This document shows positions 45,378 to 55,211 of a stretch of 64,000 nucleotides of DNA, piece after piece. The notes beneath the pieces were generated by a model. It saw only the letters and a list, made by a program, of their open reading frames with translations, was not told the origin of the DNA and ran no database searches. Made by a program: the position numbers and the translations under genes. The DNA is from a virus (taxonomy: Duplodnaviria > Caudoviricetes): positions 19,653-83,652 of IMG/VR virus record IMGVR_UViG_3300037762_000184; one strand, given 5' to 3'. Positions within the stretch are counted from its first letter, which is position 1; the number at the start of each line of letters is the position of its first letter.

Positions 45378-47092
45378 CGGCCTACGGCCTCAGTCACGGC
45401 TCGGAAGCAGGGTCGGGAACCACCGTGTCGGTGGCCTCTGCTGATCCGATTACGATCCTGCGCACGAATCCCATCGCTCGGCGCACATTCCTCGCGGTCG
45501 CCACCCCCCGCGACCCAGCCACGGGGTCCGAGGTCACAATCAGGTTGTCTTCCGACGGATATACAACCGGGCCAACCGACCCGACGCATCCCAGCGAGAC
45601 GTTTTACGAGTCTCTGGTCAGGCCCTACAATGCCGAAATCAGCATCTTTCGGGGCGGAGTGTCATCCGTTGCCGGCGGGGTCGCTCGCGGGAGTAATCCG
45701 GTATCGGGCGTCGCCGTCCCTGGATTCGGCGACATCGAAATCAAAGACGCTGAAATCCCGACCGCGACCCATTCAACGGGCCGCCTGCTCGATTATCTGG
45801 CGACGCTTGATTGGGCGGGGCGGACGATCAAAAGCTTCGTCGGTCTGTCCGACCGGACGTTCCCAGAGTTCGCGCAGATCGCGCAGGTCACCTCGGATGG
45901 TCTGGCCTGGGATCTCGACGCTGCCCGTATTCGAGTGCGCGACTTAAGGTACAAGCTCGACATTCCGATTCAAACGACCCTGTACGCCGGCACGGGCGAG
46001 GCTGAGGGCGGCGATGCAGTCAAGGGGAAGCCGAAGCCGATCCTCTATGGGCAGCGCCGCAAGATCGAGCCCGTGATGGTCGACACCACCAACCTGGTGC
46101 TCCAGTTTCACGACGCGGCAGCGCACGCAGTGGACGAGGTGCTCGACCAGGGCGTGGCCCTGGCTTTCGCCGCCGATTACGCAAGCTATGCGGCACTGAT
46201 AGCTGCGACGGTTGGCGGTTCTCAGTATGCGACTTGCCTAGCCGAGGGGCTGATCCGCCTCGGCGCGCTGCCGGCCGGCGTTATCACCATCAGCGCCCGC
46301 GGGGATGCCACCGGACCGGGCTATGTGAGCAACGCGGTCGACATTGCGGAGCGGATCATTACCGACCGTGGCGGCTTCACCGATTTCGATATTGCCGGCC
46401 TGGCCGCCCTTGAGGCGGCAAACTCCTCGACCACGGGCGTCTACGTTCGCGGCGAGCAGTCGACGACGATCTCCGACGAGGTAGCGAAGCTGCTCACCAG
46501 CTACGGCGCCTGGATGGTGCTCGACCGCGTCGGCGTTGTCACCATGGACCGTCTGGTCGACCCGGACTCCGTGGCGGCCGCCTTCAGCTTGACCGCTGAC
46601 GATCTCCGCGAACCTACCGCGGGAGGTGTTTTCGAGCGGGTTCCCGCCGGGGTGCGCACCTACCGCGTCCGCCTCGCGCACCGGCCATACCAGCGGGTCA
46701 TGTCGGCCACTGATCTTGCGGACGGTGTGTCGGCCGCCGACCGCGCTGACTTCGGCGAGTCGTTCCGGTTCGTCACCGAATCCGACCCGACAGTTCTTAC
46801 CGAGACGCCCGTCGCACAGGTTTTGGAGGTCGAGACCTTACTCGACGACGCTGCGGAGGCGACGACCGAGGCGGCGCGCTTGCTCGACCTCTTCAAGACC
46901 GAGCGCAGCCTGTACACGGTGAGCCTGGAGTCTGGTCTCTTCAGCTACTTCCTTGGCGACGTGGTGGGGGTCTCACTGGTAGGAAACCAGTACGGGCTCG
47001 GGACAGCGAAAAACTTTGTGGTGGTCGGTCTGGTCGAAAATGCATCGGTCGACGGTTCGCCCGACGAAATCAAACTGGTGCTTTGGGGCTGA
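45374..47092 (+). CDS. tail tip/hub protein
   Basis: YAGTG..EGG...KGKPKPILYG; synteny. Confidence 0.75.
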   Translation: MTAYGLSHGSEAGSGTTVSVASADPITILRTNPIARRTFLAVATPRDPATGSEVTIRLSSDGYTTGPTDPTHPSETFYESLVRPYNAEISIFRGGVSSVAGGVARGSNPVSGVAVPGFGDIEIKDAEIPTATHSTGRLLDYLATLDWAGRTIKSFVGLSDRTFPEFAQIAQVTSDGLAWDLDAARIRVRDLRYKLDIPIQTTLYAGTGEAEGGDAVKGKPKPILYGQRRKIEPVMVDTTNLVLQFHDAAAHAVDEVLDQGVALAFAADYASYAALIAATVGGSQYATCLAEGLIRLGALPAGVITISARGDATGPGYVSNAVDIAERIITDRGGFTDFDIAGLAALEAANSSTTGVYVRGEQSTTISDEVAKLLTSYGAWMVLDRVGVVTMDRLVDPDSVAAAFSLTADDLREPTAGGVFERVPAGVRTYRVRLAHRPYQRVMSATDLADGVSAADRADFGESFRFVTESDPTVLTETPVAQVLEVETLLDDAAEATTEAARLLDLFKTERSLYTVSLESGLFSYFLGDVVGVSLVGNQYGLGTAKNFVVVGLVENASVDGSPDEIKLVLWG

Positions 47093-47889
47093 TCGTGGCA
47101 TCTATCGTCATCGCAAGAGCCGACCTCCCGAGCGCTGCCGTGCTCACTCCGAGCTCGCAGGCGTCAGCCTCGCTTGGGGTCGGCAACCTGCTGACGTTGA
47201 ATCCGCGACAGAAGTGGCGTACGGTCAACCTGACGGTCTCGGTTGTCGTCGATCTCGGCGCGGCGCTGGCGCGGAACACGGTGGCGATGCTCTACAGCAA
47301 CGCAACCTCTGCCGCGACCTGGCAGGTGCGGGCTGCAACCTCGGAAGCGAACCTCACGGCGTCCCCGGGTTACGACTCCGGGAGCCTGTCGCACTTCCCC
47401 GGTGGCGCTGACCTTTCGACGTGGGAGGAAACCCACGCGCGCCTGCATATCGGTTCCGACCAGACCTTCCGGTGGTGGCGGGTGGACGTGACCGACGCAG
47501 CCAATCCGGACGGCTATTACGAAGCCGGCCGGATCGTGATCGCTGATCGCTTTCAACCGGAGTTCTCGGCGACGCGAGTCGAGCCGATCTTCAGCGAGCC
47601 GGCCGTGCGCACGAAGAGCCAGGCGGGGGGCGTGACACCGCGAGCGCAGACGAAGCGGCGCGGAGTGCGGTTCACTGTCTTCGCCATGAGCGAGGCTGAG
47701 GCGTTCGGTTCACTCTCGCCGCTCTACCGGGACGCAGGGTCGAGCCGGGCCGTCCTGGTGGACATCAACCCCGCCGAGGTCGCCTATCCGATGGATCACC
47801 TTTACTACGGCCTGATGGCTGCGGACCGCCCGCTGCCGAACCTGTTCACCGGCAGATACTCGGCCGATTTTGAGATTGAGGAGCCCTGA
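47083..47889 (+). CDS. tail protein (distal-tail-like)
   Basis: FRWWRVDVTDAANPDGYYEAGRI. Confidence 0.7.
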   Translation: MGLIVASIVIARADLPSAAVLTPSSQASASLGVGNLLTLNPRQKWRTVNLTVSVVVDLGAALARNTVAMLYSNATSAATWQVRAATSEANLTASPGYDSGSLSHFPGGADLSTWEETHARLHIGSDQTFRWWRVDVTDAANPDGYYEAGRIVIADRFQPEFSATRVEPIFSEPAVRTKSQAGGVTPRAQTKRRGVRFTVFAMSEAEAFGSLSPLYRDAGSSRAVLVDINPAEVAYPMDHLYYGLMAADRPLPNLFTGRYSADFEIEEP

Positions 47890-49034
47890 TGGCTGTCAAA
47901 TGGCTTCCGCTGGTACACGAGGGCACCTCCACCTCCGGCACCGGGGCATTGACCCTCGACGGTACTCCGCCAACCGACCGTCGGAGCTTCGTCACGGCTC
48001 AAGGTAACGCCGAGATCGCAGCGAGCGGCGACGAGGTGTACTTCATAGTGTCGGATCTCGGCGCCAACCCGCCCGGCACGAATTGGGAGCTGAACCGCGG
48101 CGTCTGGACCGCGGCCGGCAACACGCTGACCAGGACGAACCCTCCAATCGCCAGCTCCAACGGCGGCGCCTTGGTCAATTTCCCTTCCGGCGGCAAGCGC
48201 GACGTCTACACGGTGGTCGACCCGATTCTGTTCGCGCTGCTCGCCTCGGCCCAGACCTTCACCGCCGCGCAGACCATCTCGGCGTCGGGCACCGCGCTTT
48301 CGCTGACCGGCGCAAGCAACCCTGAGATTCTGATTGATGAAGGCGGATCGGGGACAAGCTACCTCCGTCTTCAGGATACGTCCAACCTTCTCGCGGATAT
48401 CTCTAAGACAGCGGCGGCGGGCTCCGCGATACTGAACTTGAGCGTCAACCCTTCCGACGGAGCCGGTGCCGCGACGGTGCGCCTTTTCCGTGCGACCAAC
48501 ACCACCGGCAACAAGAACTTCGATGTGCACGCGGGCGACGGGTCCGCAACGGTCGCGCAGCGTCTCTCGAATTCCGGGTGCACGCTTACCGGGACCGTCA
48601 CCGTCAACGGGACGGCCGTCGCGCTGCAGGGGGTGTTGAGCGCGCCGAGTGGTGGGAAGCTGTTGTGGGGCTCGACCACCTTGCCGACCGGATGGAGCGT
48701 GATCGCTAGCACTTCCGACCGCACCATCCTCACCACCGAGACGGCGGCAGAGGGCGGCTCGACGGGTGGGAGCTGGACCGTCTCGGGGATCACGGCGGCC
48801 GGGACTTCGATCACCATCAGTCAGATGCCGGACCATGACCACACCGTCTTTCATGGCGTGGCGGTCGCCGCCGCCGGCAGCGACTTTGCGACTGGCCGCG
48901 TGCTACCCGTTACCGGGGGGGACGATCAACTGACCGCTGTCACCGGAAGCGGCAACACACACACGCATACGCTTTCGTCGGATGGCACCTGGAAGGGAAA
49001 ATGGATCAAGGCTCTGTGGATCGTAAAGGCATGA
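47889..49034 (+). CDS. tail fiber/receptor-binding protein
   Basis: ETSTSGTG-like N-terminus, LTRT...SSNGGALVNF.SG.KRDV; C-terminal LPTGW...T...MPDHDH collar-like motif. Confidence 0.8.
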   Translation: MAVKWLPLVHEGTSTSGTGALTLDGTPPTDRRSFVTAQGNAEIAASGDEVYFIVSDLGANPPGTNWELNRGVWTAAGNTLTRTNPPIASSNGGALVNFPSGGKRDVYTVVDPILFALLASAQTFTAAQTISASGTALSLTGASNPEILIDEGGSGTSYLRLQDTSNLLADISKTAAAGSAILNLSVNPSDGAGAATVRLFRATNTTGNKNFDVHAGDGSATVAQRLSNSGCTLTGTVTVNGTAVALQGVLSAPSGGKLLWGSTTLPTGWSVIASTSDRTILTTETAAEGGSTGGSWTVSGITAAGTSITISQMPDHDHTVFHGVAVAAAGSDFATGRVLPVTGGDDQLTAVTGSGNTHTHTLSSDGTWKGKWIKALWIVKA

Positions 49035-49498
49035 GCTGCGCCGGCCGCTGCGATCGGTGCGAAACGACCACAGCCGAGGCGCTGCTGCGCGCTGCTGGGG
49101 CCGATGCATCGCACCTTGAGGGGAAGCCTTGTCCCTGGTGGTGGGGCGTCGAGGAAACGCGGGATAACGCTGAGACGGGGCAGGTCGAGACGAGGCGGCG
49201 GTGGGCGTGTGGCAAAACCATCTTGCCGCGGTATCTCGGCGACTACGGCAGCGCGATGGAGCAAGCGGCAGCGGGGGTGCAACGGCAGGCGGCGGTTGCC
49301 GAGGTCGCCGTCTCGGCGGCTTTGGCGAGCGCGGCGCGGGTGGGGCCGGAGGGATGGGGCCGGCGGCTGGTGCGGCGCCTAGGAGGCAACCGCACCAGCA
49401 CGCGCCCGGTGTTACTCGGCGGCGGGAGCGATCGTGTGCGCCAGCACCAAGTTCTGACCGAGGCCGAGGCGCAGGCACTGCTGGCACGGGATGATTGA
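49031..49498 (+). CDS. hypothetical protein after the tail fiber
   Basis: ATGA overlap; CPWWW...CG. Confidence 0.6.
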   Translation: MSCAGRCDRCETTTAEALLRAAGADASHLEGKPCPWWWGVEETRDNAETGQVETRRRWACGKTILPRYLGDYGSAMEQAAAGVQRQAAVAEVAVSAALASAARVGPEGWGRRLVRRLGGNRTSTRPVLLGGGSDRVRQHQVLTEAEAQALLARDD

Positions 49499-49750
49499 GG
49501 CGGAGACGGACACGTGATCCCCCACCACGACCTCGGCGCACTGCTCGCTGATCCGCTGATCGCACACGACGGCGATGCCGGAGATCTTGACCTCGACCTG
49601 CGCGTAGGTCTCGGGGGAGGCGTTGCTGTCGGGGGCGCCCCACGTCACGCGAACCGCCTCGACCTCGCCGACGAAGTTGAAGGGATCGGCGGCGAGCGCC
49701 CAGGTGGCGGCGAACAGCGAGAGCATGGCGAACACGGCGATCTTACGCAT
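49412..49750 (-). CDS. secreted protein (moron-like)
   Basis: MRKIAVFAMLSLFAATWALA signal peptide; AAGGAG RBS. Confidence 0.7.
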   Translation of the reverse strand: MRKIAVFAMLSLFAATWALAADPFNFVGEVEAVRVTWGAPDSNASPETYAQVEVKISGIAVVCDQRISEQCAEVVVGDHVSVSASIIPCQQCLRLGLGQNLVLAHTIAPAAE

Positions 49751-49889
49751 GGGTCTTCTCCTTGGTGGCTTCCCGAATCAGCCGGCGCACGACTGCTGCC
49801 CATGGCACGTCGCCCTGCTCGTGGGCGAGCTGGCGCAGGCGCTCGCGGTCCTCTTCGGAGAGCCGGATGGTTAGGTGCGGCGTCTTCAT
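49743..49889 (-). CDS. ribbon-helix-helix regulator, leaderless
   Basis: HLTIRLSEEDRERLRQLAHEQG..WAAVVRRLIRE. Confidence 0.8.
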   Translation of the reverse strand: MKTPHLTIRLSEEDRERLRQLAHEQGDVPWAAVVRRLIREATKEKTHA

Positions 49890-49895
49890 GCGGTG

Positions 49896-49925
49896 ACTGT
49901 ACACCGCCGCGGCGTCGCGTGTCAA
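49896..49925 (-). promoter_or_regulatory. promoter TTGACA-18-TACAGT
   Basis: -10 lies 6 nt upstream of ATG 49889. Confidence 0.7.
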
Positions 49926-49981
49926 GGGCGAAGGTGGGGCGGCATCGCGGGGGAGGGGAAGAGTGCCGGCCCCGGATCAGC

Positions 49982-50162
49982 GACCCCGCCGCAAGGCATT
50001 TGGGATCTCCCCGGGACCGGCTGCGTCCCCGAAGCTTGACGCCGCGTTACCGCCTGTGTCAAGATTCGGGTCGATGCGACGCCGGAAGCTCCTCTTCCAG
50101 AGCCACTCTAGCACACCTTGTGGAGCAGGGCACGATTCGCAACCTCACCCTCTTGAGGTTGG
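49982..50162. repeat. conserved non-coding element, copy 2
   Basis: Same 27-nt and 18-nt blocks as 8289-8435. Confidence 0.75.
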
Positions 50163-50199
50163 GCGGACCACCCGCGTCAGTGGTGGTACATCCAGGCAC

Positions 50200-50440
50200 C
50201 GCATCGACTCTCCCGAACGGCCGACGCGGGCAACGCGCAGGTGGTCGATCCTGCATGGGACAGCGCCCCGCTCCAACGTGGCAGCCGAAAGCTGACGGTC
50301 GGCCGGCTCTGCAGGGGAGCCGGTTGGGATGGGTCGCGAGGACAGGCGGGCTGCAAGGCAAGCACCCCTGCCTCCCGTATCCCCTACTGCCACAGGGGAT
50401 GTCCCGGCATGGAAGTAACCCCACCGCTGGCCACCTATCT
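50200..50440 (+). ncRNA. structured RNA candidate C
   Basis: Several hairpins with GNRA-type loops (GCAA, GAAA, GCGA, GCAA) plus GCAGG/CCTGC and CCGGCTC/GAGCCGG stems, upstream of the RBS of 50452. Confidence 0.45.
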
Positions 50441-50451
50441 GGAGGATACGC

Positions 50452-50736
50452 ATGGCCGAGCTGACTTTTACCGTTCCGCAATCCGCTACCGTCACCGCTG
50501 CCGATGTGATCGCCGCCGCCGCCGAGCGCGCCGGCTACACCGCCGAGCACGAGGGCACGGCCGAGCAGTTCCTCGCCCGCCACCTCGCCGAGCACGTCCA
50601 CACGCTCTACCGCTCCGCCCTGATCGACCGGGCGGCGAAGGCGTCGGACGAGGAGCTGCCGCCTCCGGAGCGCCAGAGGGTGCTGGCGACCGAGACCGCG
50701 ATCGCGCCCGGGAACGGCAACGGCGGCACCCGGTGA
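50452..50736 (+). CDS. hypothetical protein
   Basis: GGAGG RBS. Confidence 0.65.
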   Translation: MAELTFTVPQSATVTAADVIAAAAERAGYTAEHEGTAEQFLARHLAEHVHTLYRSALIDRAAKASDEELPPPERQRVLATETAIAPGNGNGGTR

Positions 50737-50839
50737 CTCGTCTCCGCAGCCTGCCGGCGGCGCGCCCGCCTAGCCGAATCCCTCCCGGTGACGGTAAGGC
50801 TGCGTCTTTTTTCTCGCACGTCCTTTCCCGGAGGCCCAG

Positions 50840-52186
50840 ATGAGCCTACGCGACCACCTCGCCGCCCTCGCCGCGCTGTCCAACGGTCGGCGCCCCAAGG
50901 TCGTCGGCACCTACAAGCGCTGGACCGTAGAAGCCTTCGCAGCCCACGGCGGCTCGAAGAACGCCGACATGATGGGCTACGCGAGCGACAGCGACTTCCG
51001 ATGGATCGCCGACCTTGCCCGCCACCAGGTGGGGGCCGCCGGGTTGTGGATGGATGAGGCGATCCCGTTCGACTTCTACGTGGACGGCCCGCTGGCAGCC
51101 TACGCGGTGTCGCTGAAGCTCGCCCGCGATGCCGGCGACCAGGCGGCGGCGCGTTGGATCGAGCGGCCCATGCGCTCCATCCTCCACCTGCATGCCATCG
51201 CAGCCGTGCCGGTGACGATGACCCGGGGCTGGCAGATGCTCGGCGTTGGCAACGCTCCCGGCCGCGTCACCACCTCGACGGCCGTGCGCCACCGAGGCGC
51301 CTCGACTCCGGTAGTGGGCGACCGCTTCCACCCTAACCGGGCGGTGTCCGGGGCTTCGATGGGGCTGTGGCTGTCGTGGGCTGCAGCGTTCCCCGGCCGG
51401 AGCGCCAAGCCCCCGCGCCTCGGCTCGACGGTGCGGACCGACGACAAGTGCGGGGAGGCGGACATCTTCGCCAATCTCGGCGGGGTTCGCAGCTTCTCCG
51501 AGGACGTAGACCCCGCGATCTTCGGGCTTCACCCCGGCGACCGGGAACGGCTGCTGGCTGCCATCCACGGCGACCACGATGCCGCCACCGAGTGCGCCGC
51601 CATCGTGGTCCAGGAATGCCCGCTAGGCCACCGCTACGACTTCATCCGCATCCTGACTGACCGCGGCGGTGAGGCGTTCAGCGTCGGCTCGCGGCACAAT
51701 GGGAACAAGCCCCACTGCGTTGCCAGCTCCACCTCGCTGGCGGGCGAGTGGCGCCTGCTGCTGCCGGGCGTCGGGGTCAAGGTGGGCGCCAACGTGGGGC
51801 TGTGGGTCAAGGTCGGCGACACACTGACCGAGGCCGGCGCCGAGAACCGCAGCGGCGGGCCGAGCACGGTCAGCATGCCGCGTCTCGGCGGGCGAATGAT
51901 CTACGGCTTCCGGTTCCGCAACCGCGGCGTCGAGCGTATGAACGGAGGGACCGTGGCGCCCGGGCCCCAGCCGAAGCCCCCCGAGCCCCCGGTGGAGCCC
52001 CCGGTGGAGCCCCCGGTGGAGCCGCCGGTGGAGCCGCCAGCACCGAAGCCGCCAGTCAGCCCGCTCGGCCCGCAGCGCTACGTTGTAGACGCCGCGAACG
52101 CGAACACCGGTGCGAAGGTTGCGCTTCTGATCGGGAACGACAAGCACGGCGTCCTGACCATCTTTCGGGAGTCGCGTCGCCGCTAG
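50840..52186 (+). CDS. hypothetical protein with PPVE linker repeats
   Basis: GGAGG RBS; 12-bp tandem repeat near 51975-52040. Confidence 0.7.
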   Translation: MSLRDHLAALAALSNGRRPKVVGTYKRWTVEAFAAHGGSKNADMMGYASDSDFRWIADLARHQVGAAGLWMDEAIPFDFYVDGPLAAYAVSLKLARDAGDQAAARWIERPMRSILHLHAIAAVPVTMTRGWQMLGVGNAPGRVTTSTAVRHRGASTPVVGDRFHPNRAVSGASMGLWLSWAAAFPGRSAKPPRLGSTVRTDDKCGEADIFANLGGVRSFSEDVDPAIFGLHPGDRERLLAAIHGDHDAATECAAIVVQECPLGHRYDFIRILTDRGGEAFSVGSRHNGNKPHCVASSTSLAGEWRLLLPGVGVKVGANVGLWVKVGDTLTEAGAENRSGGPSTVSMPRLGGRMIYGFRFRNRGVERMNGGTVAPGPQPKPPEPPVEPPVEPPVEPPVEPPAPKPPVSPLGPQRYVVDAANANTGAKVALLIGNDKHGVLTIFRESRRR

Positions 52187-52197
52187 GAGGCGCACCT

Positions 52198-52596
52198 ATG
52201 ATCTTCGCTGAGATTGCAATCTGGGGACGAAGAATGACCAACGAAGAACCGCAGCGCCGCGCAGGCCGGGATTTCGTTGATCTCTCGGCTTCCTATCTTC
52301 CTACTCTGAAAGTGGTTGCGATCTGCTGCGCTGTCGCTGCTGGCACCTGGTGGGCCAGAGGGCTGTCGATCAACGTCGAGAGCACGATGCACCAAGTGAC
52401 AGCGCTGAGTAAGTCCATCAGCGAGGGTCAGACCAAGGCGACAGAAGAGCAACTCAAGCTCATGGTTGAGATCGAGAAGCTCAAGGACAAGTTCGAGGAA
52501 GCCGACAACGAGTTCCGCCTGTTCAAGGATTTTACCGAGGGCCGCATTGGGTCGATGCCCTACAGGCCCTCACAACCCGAAAGGAGACCGCAGTGA
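52198..52596 (+). CDS. single-TM coiled-coil protein (lysis module)
   Basis: TM segment followed by coiled coil; AGGAGG RBS. Confidence 0.6.
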   Translation: MIFAEIAIWGRRMTNEEPQRRAGRDFVDLSASYLPTLKVVAICCAVAAGTWWARGLSINVESTMHQVTALSKSISEGQTKATEEQLKLMVEIEKLKDKFEEADNEFRLFKDFTEGRIGSMPYRPSQPERRPQ

Positions 52597-52775
52597 GCAA
52601 CGGAGAAGAGGAAGCGCGACGCAAGATCATCATCGACAATGGCCTGATCCAAATGGCCGCCGAGTGCAGCACCATGGCGGCTCGCGGAGAGTTGTCGCGC
52701 GAGCAGCTCGACGCGATGGTCGAGCTTGACCAGGACTGGATGCAGCGGACCAAGCGCGTGATGGGCCGCGAGTAG
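52593..52775 (+). CDS. hypothetical protein
   Basis: AAGGAG RBS, GTGA overlap. Confidence 0.55.
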   Translation: MSNGEEEARRKIIIDNGLIQMAAECSTMAARGELSREQLDAMVELDQDWMQRTKRVMGRE

Positions 52776-52783
52776 AAAAAGCC

Positions 52784-53191
52784 GTGACCGCCGACCCCCT
52801 CACCCGCCTCCGCGCCATGGAGGACACCTTGCTCTCGCCGGAGCTGTACGTTCGCCTTCCGGACGCGGTCCCGTACGCCTTGGTGGTAGCTGGTGAGGAC
52901 GGCAGGATCGTCGTCTTCAATCGGGAGGCCGAACTTTTGTTCGGCTACCACCGAGCAGAGGTGATTGGAAGGCGGCTGGAGCGCCTGATGCCGGAACGCT
53001 TCCGGAAGCGCCACCGCGAGCATCGCGCGACCTACGCGGAGGAGCCTCATGCTCGACCGCTGGGGGTCGATCTCGACCTCGTGGCGATGACGAAAGCTGG
53101 TGAGGAGATCCCGGTAGAGATTGCGATCTCGCCAATCCAGACGCCTGACGGGCGGTTCGATGCCGCCATCGTGCGGCGGAGAGGGTCATGA
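52784..53191 (+). CDS. stand-alone PAS domain protein
   Basis: DAVPYALVVAGEDGRIVVFNREAELLFGY..AEVIG..LE.LMP...TKAGEEIPVEIAISP. Confidence 0.85.
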   Translation: MTADPLTRLRAMEDTLLSPELYVRLPDAVPYALVVAGEDGRIVVFNREAELLFGYHRAEVIGRRLERLMPERFRKRHREHRATYAEEPHARPLGVDLDLVAMTKAGEEIPVEIAISPIQTPDGRFDAAIVRRRGS

Positions 53192-53430
53192 CTACCGGCG
53201 GCGGGCTCGACGGGTGGACGGTCGTTCGCCAGCTCCTGACCGAGGCCGCAGAGAGCCAGGACAAACGATTGACCAACGTCGAGCGGCTGCTCGATCAGCT
53301 TCGGGTCGAGATCATCGGAGAAATCCGCGTCGAGATCGCGTCCCTGAAGGCCAAGGCCGGGTTGTGGGCGGCTCTGGCCGCTGCGGTGCCGGCGGCGATC
53401 GCGGCGCTGGTGTGGCTACTGACGAGGTAA
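53188..53430 (+). CDS. coiled-coil plus C-terminal TM protein
   Basis: Translation; lysis-module context. Confidence 0.6.
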   Translation: MTTGGGLDGWTVVRQLLTEAAESQDKRLTNVERLLDQLRVEIIGEIRVEIASLKAKAGLWAALAAAVPAAIAALVWLLTR

Positions 53431-54539
53431 TGGCGATGAGCGAACAGCGCGCGTGGTGGCAGGGGTTGCGTAACGAGCCTCTGCGAATCGTATCCGTTTT
53501 GCAGGCGCTGCTGGCCGCGGGCGTGTCCTTCGGCCTGGACATCACGGTCGAGCAACAGACGAGCATCCTTGCCGCAGCCGGCGCCGTGGTGGCGATGCTG
53601 GAGGTGGCTCGGTCGAAGAGCGTCCCGGCGAGGAAGCTGACGGGCGCCGAGCTGGAAGTGGTGGCCGAGCGCCGGGACGCGCCGCTACCCGCCACCTCTA
53701 ATCGAAGGAGCAACTCCATGAAGCACAAGATCGGAATCTTCCTCGCCCTCCTCCTCGCCCTACCGGCGGTCCAAATCCAGGCCGAGGTGGTTATCGACTG
53801 GAATGCGGCAGCCGCGAACCTCTCTCGCTCGCGCTGCGGCTGCTCGGCGGCGGAGGTTCGCGCGTGGCTGCGCGGCGCTACTCCACAGGCGCCGCCGCCG
53901 TGCTACTCGGCGGCCGCCTGCGTGCCCTTCAATAACTGTTATGGGCACGGAATGTCCGACACTTGGCACCTGTACGCTAGGGGGGCGGGGGTCAAGATTT
54001 GCAGCAACGAGGAGACGAAAGAATTCCTGCGCGAGTTTCCCGTGTGGCTAAACGTGATCCTGTGGAACAGCACCTGCGGGGACCGTCGCCCGTGGTGGCC
54101 CCAGGATTGGGTCAACCGCGACCCCTGCACATGGGAAAAACGGTCGCCCAATCTGCCGGATCAGCCAGGCGACGGCTGCGACATCGCAGGGTGGACGGGG
54201 CGTGCGGTGGAGCGGGATTCGTGCAGGTTCTTCCGGCCTGCCAGCTTCAGCGCGACGTGCTGCGCGGGACCGCTCCCGGTGCGCGTCTGTGTGAACCGCC
54301 CGGAGTGCTTCGCCGGAGAGATTGCACCCCCACCCCCACCACCGCCGCCACCGCATCCGCCGGCCGTTTGCGGGGACAAGGTTTGTGACCTCATGGAGCC
54401 ATGCTCTTGCCCGGAGTGTGGCGCTCGCGAGGACTGCCGGCCGTCTGAGCCACCGGCCGAGCCGACCCGCGAGGACTTGATCGAGCGCCTGCTGGAGCGG
54501 CTCCGGGTGGTCCTGGAAGAAGAGGTGCCGCGTGACTGA
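53430..54539 (+). CDS. holin-like N-terminus in frame with a secreted Cys-rich protein (internal start 53718)
   Basis: EPLRIVSVLQALLAAGVSFGLDIT holin-like; AAGGAG RBS plus MKHKIGIFLALLLAL signal at 53718; no in-frame stop between them. Confidence 0.65.
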   Translation: MAMSEQRAWWQGLRNEPLRIVSVLQALLAAGVSFGLDITVEQQTSILAAAGAVVAMLEVARSKSVPARKLTGAELEVVAERRDAPLPATSNRRSNSMKHKIGIFLALLLALPAVQIQAEVVIDWNAAAANLSRSRCGCSAAEVRAWLRGATPQAPPPCYSAAACVPFNNCYGHGMSDTWHLYARGAGVKICSNEETKEFLREFPVWLNVILWNSTCGDRRPWWPQDWVNRDPCTWEKRSPNLPDQPGDGCDIAGWTGRAVERDSCRFFRPASFSATCCAGPLPVRVCVNRPECFAGEIAPPPPPPPPPHPPAVCGDKVCDLMEPCSCPECGAREDCRPSEPPAEPTREDLIERLLERLRVVLEEEVPRD

Positions 54540-55020
54540 GATCCTCGCGCTCTTCGCCGTCATTCTGCTGGTCGTCACTGACGGTGTTGCCTGGCTCTCG
54601 CCGATACTGATCTTCGTCGGCCTCTGCCATGTCGCGGAGGAGTGGTGGTGGCCTGGTGGTTTCCCCCGATGGCGGGCGGCACGGCTTGGCCGGCGGGCGC
54701 CCGCGCTCCTACGGGTGGTGGCCGAAGCGGGCGGGCTCACCGTCCTCCTTGTCACGCTGGCGACGCTCGCCGGCCGTCACCCGGAGGCGGGCGCTGTGCT
54801 CGCCGGCCTGCTGTTCGCCGACGTCATCACCCACCTGCCGTGGGGCAGGACCTATTCGCCGGGATGCCTGACCGCCGCCGCGCTGTTCCCTGCCGCAATC
54901 GTGGCCCTCGCCCCATCCGTCGACAGCGTGTCGCCGTGGTGGGCGCTGGCCGGTGTCGGGATCATCGTGGCGTCGTGGCTGTTCGCTAGGGGCGGGCTGC
55001 GGGGGCGGCCGGGGCGGTGA
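54532..55020 (+). CDS. HXXEE-domain membrane protein
   Basis: CHVAEEW..PGGF, YSPG..TA; multi-TM. Confidence 0.75.
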   Translation: MTEILALFAVILLVVTDGVAWLSPILIFVGLCHVAEEWWWPGGFPRWRAARLGRRAPALLRVVAEAGGLTVLLVTLATLAGRHPEAGAVLAGLLFADVITHLPWGRTYSPGCLTAAALFPAAIVALAPSVDSVSPWWALAGVGIIVASWLFARGGLRGRPGR

Positions 55021-55032
55021 GGGTGGGGATGT

Positions 55033-55106
55033 TGGAGCCAGCGCCCGGAGTCGAACCGGTGGGGCCGGTTTACAGGACCGGCTGCGCCCCGCGGCGCTTC
55101 GCTGGC
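55033..55106 (-). tRNA. atypical tRNA (Tyr-GTA-like with a 9-nt loop, or Thr-TGT with C33)
   Basis: GCCAGCG/CGCTGGC acceptor, TTCGA T-loop, encoded CCA; irregular anticodon arm. Confidence 0.6.
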
Positions 55107-55118
55107 TGGAAGGACCGC

Positions 55119-55194
55119 GGGGAGGGCGGGGCTGGAAAACGCCGGCTGTGCTCGACGCCACCCCGCCTCGCGGTAGGGGCCACCCGCCCTCCCC
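55119..55194 (-). ncRNA. three-way-junction RNA, copy 1
   Basis: 12-bp GGGGAGGGCGGG/CCCGCCCTCCCC stem, GCGA tetraloop hairpin; covaries with copy 2. Confidence 0.65.
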
Positions 55195-55211
55195 GAAGCC
55201 TCCCGGAAGAT

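Noticed and set aside
51970-52045. 12-bp tandem repeat
   Set aside because: Simply encodes a PPVE linker within a CDS.
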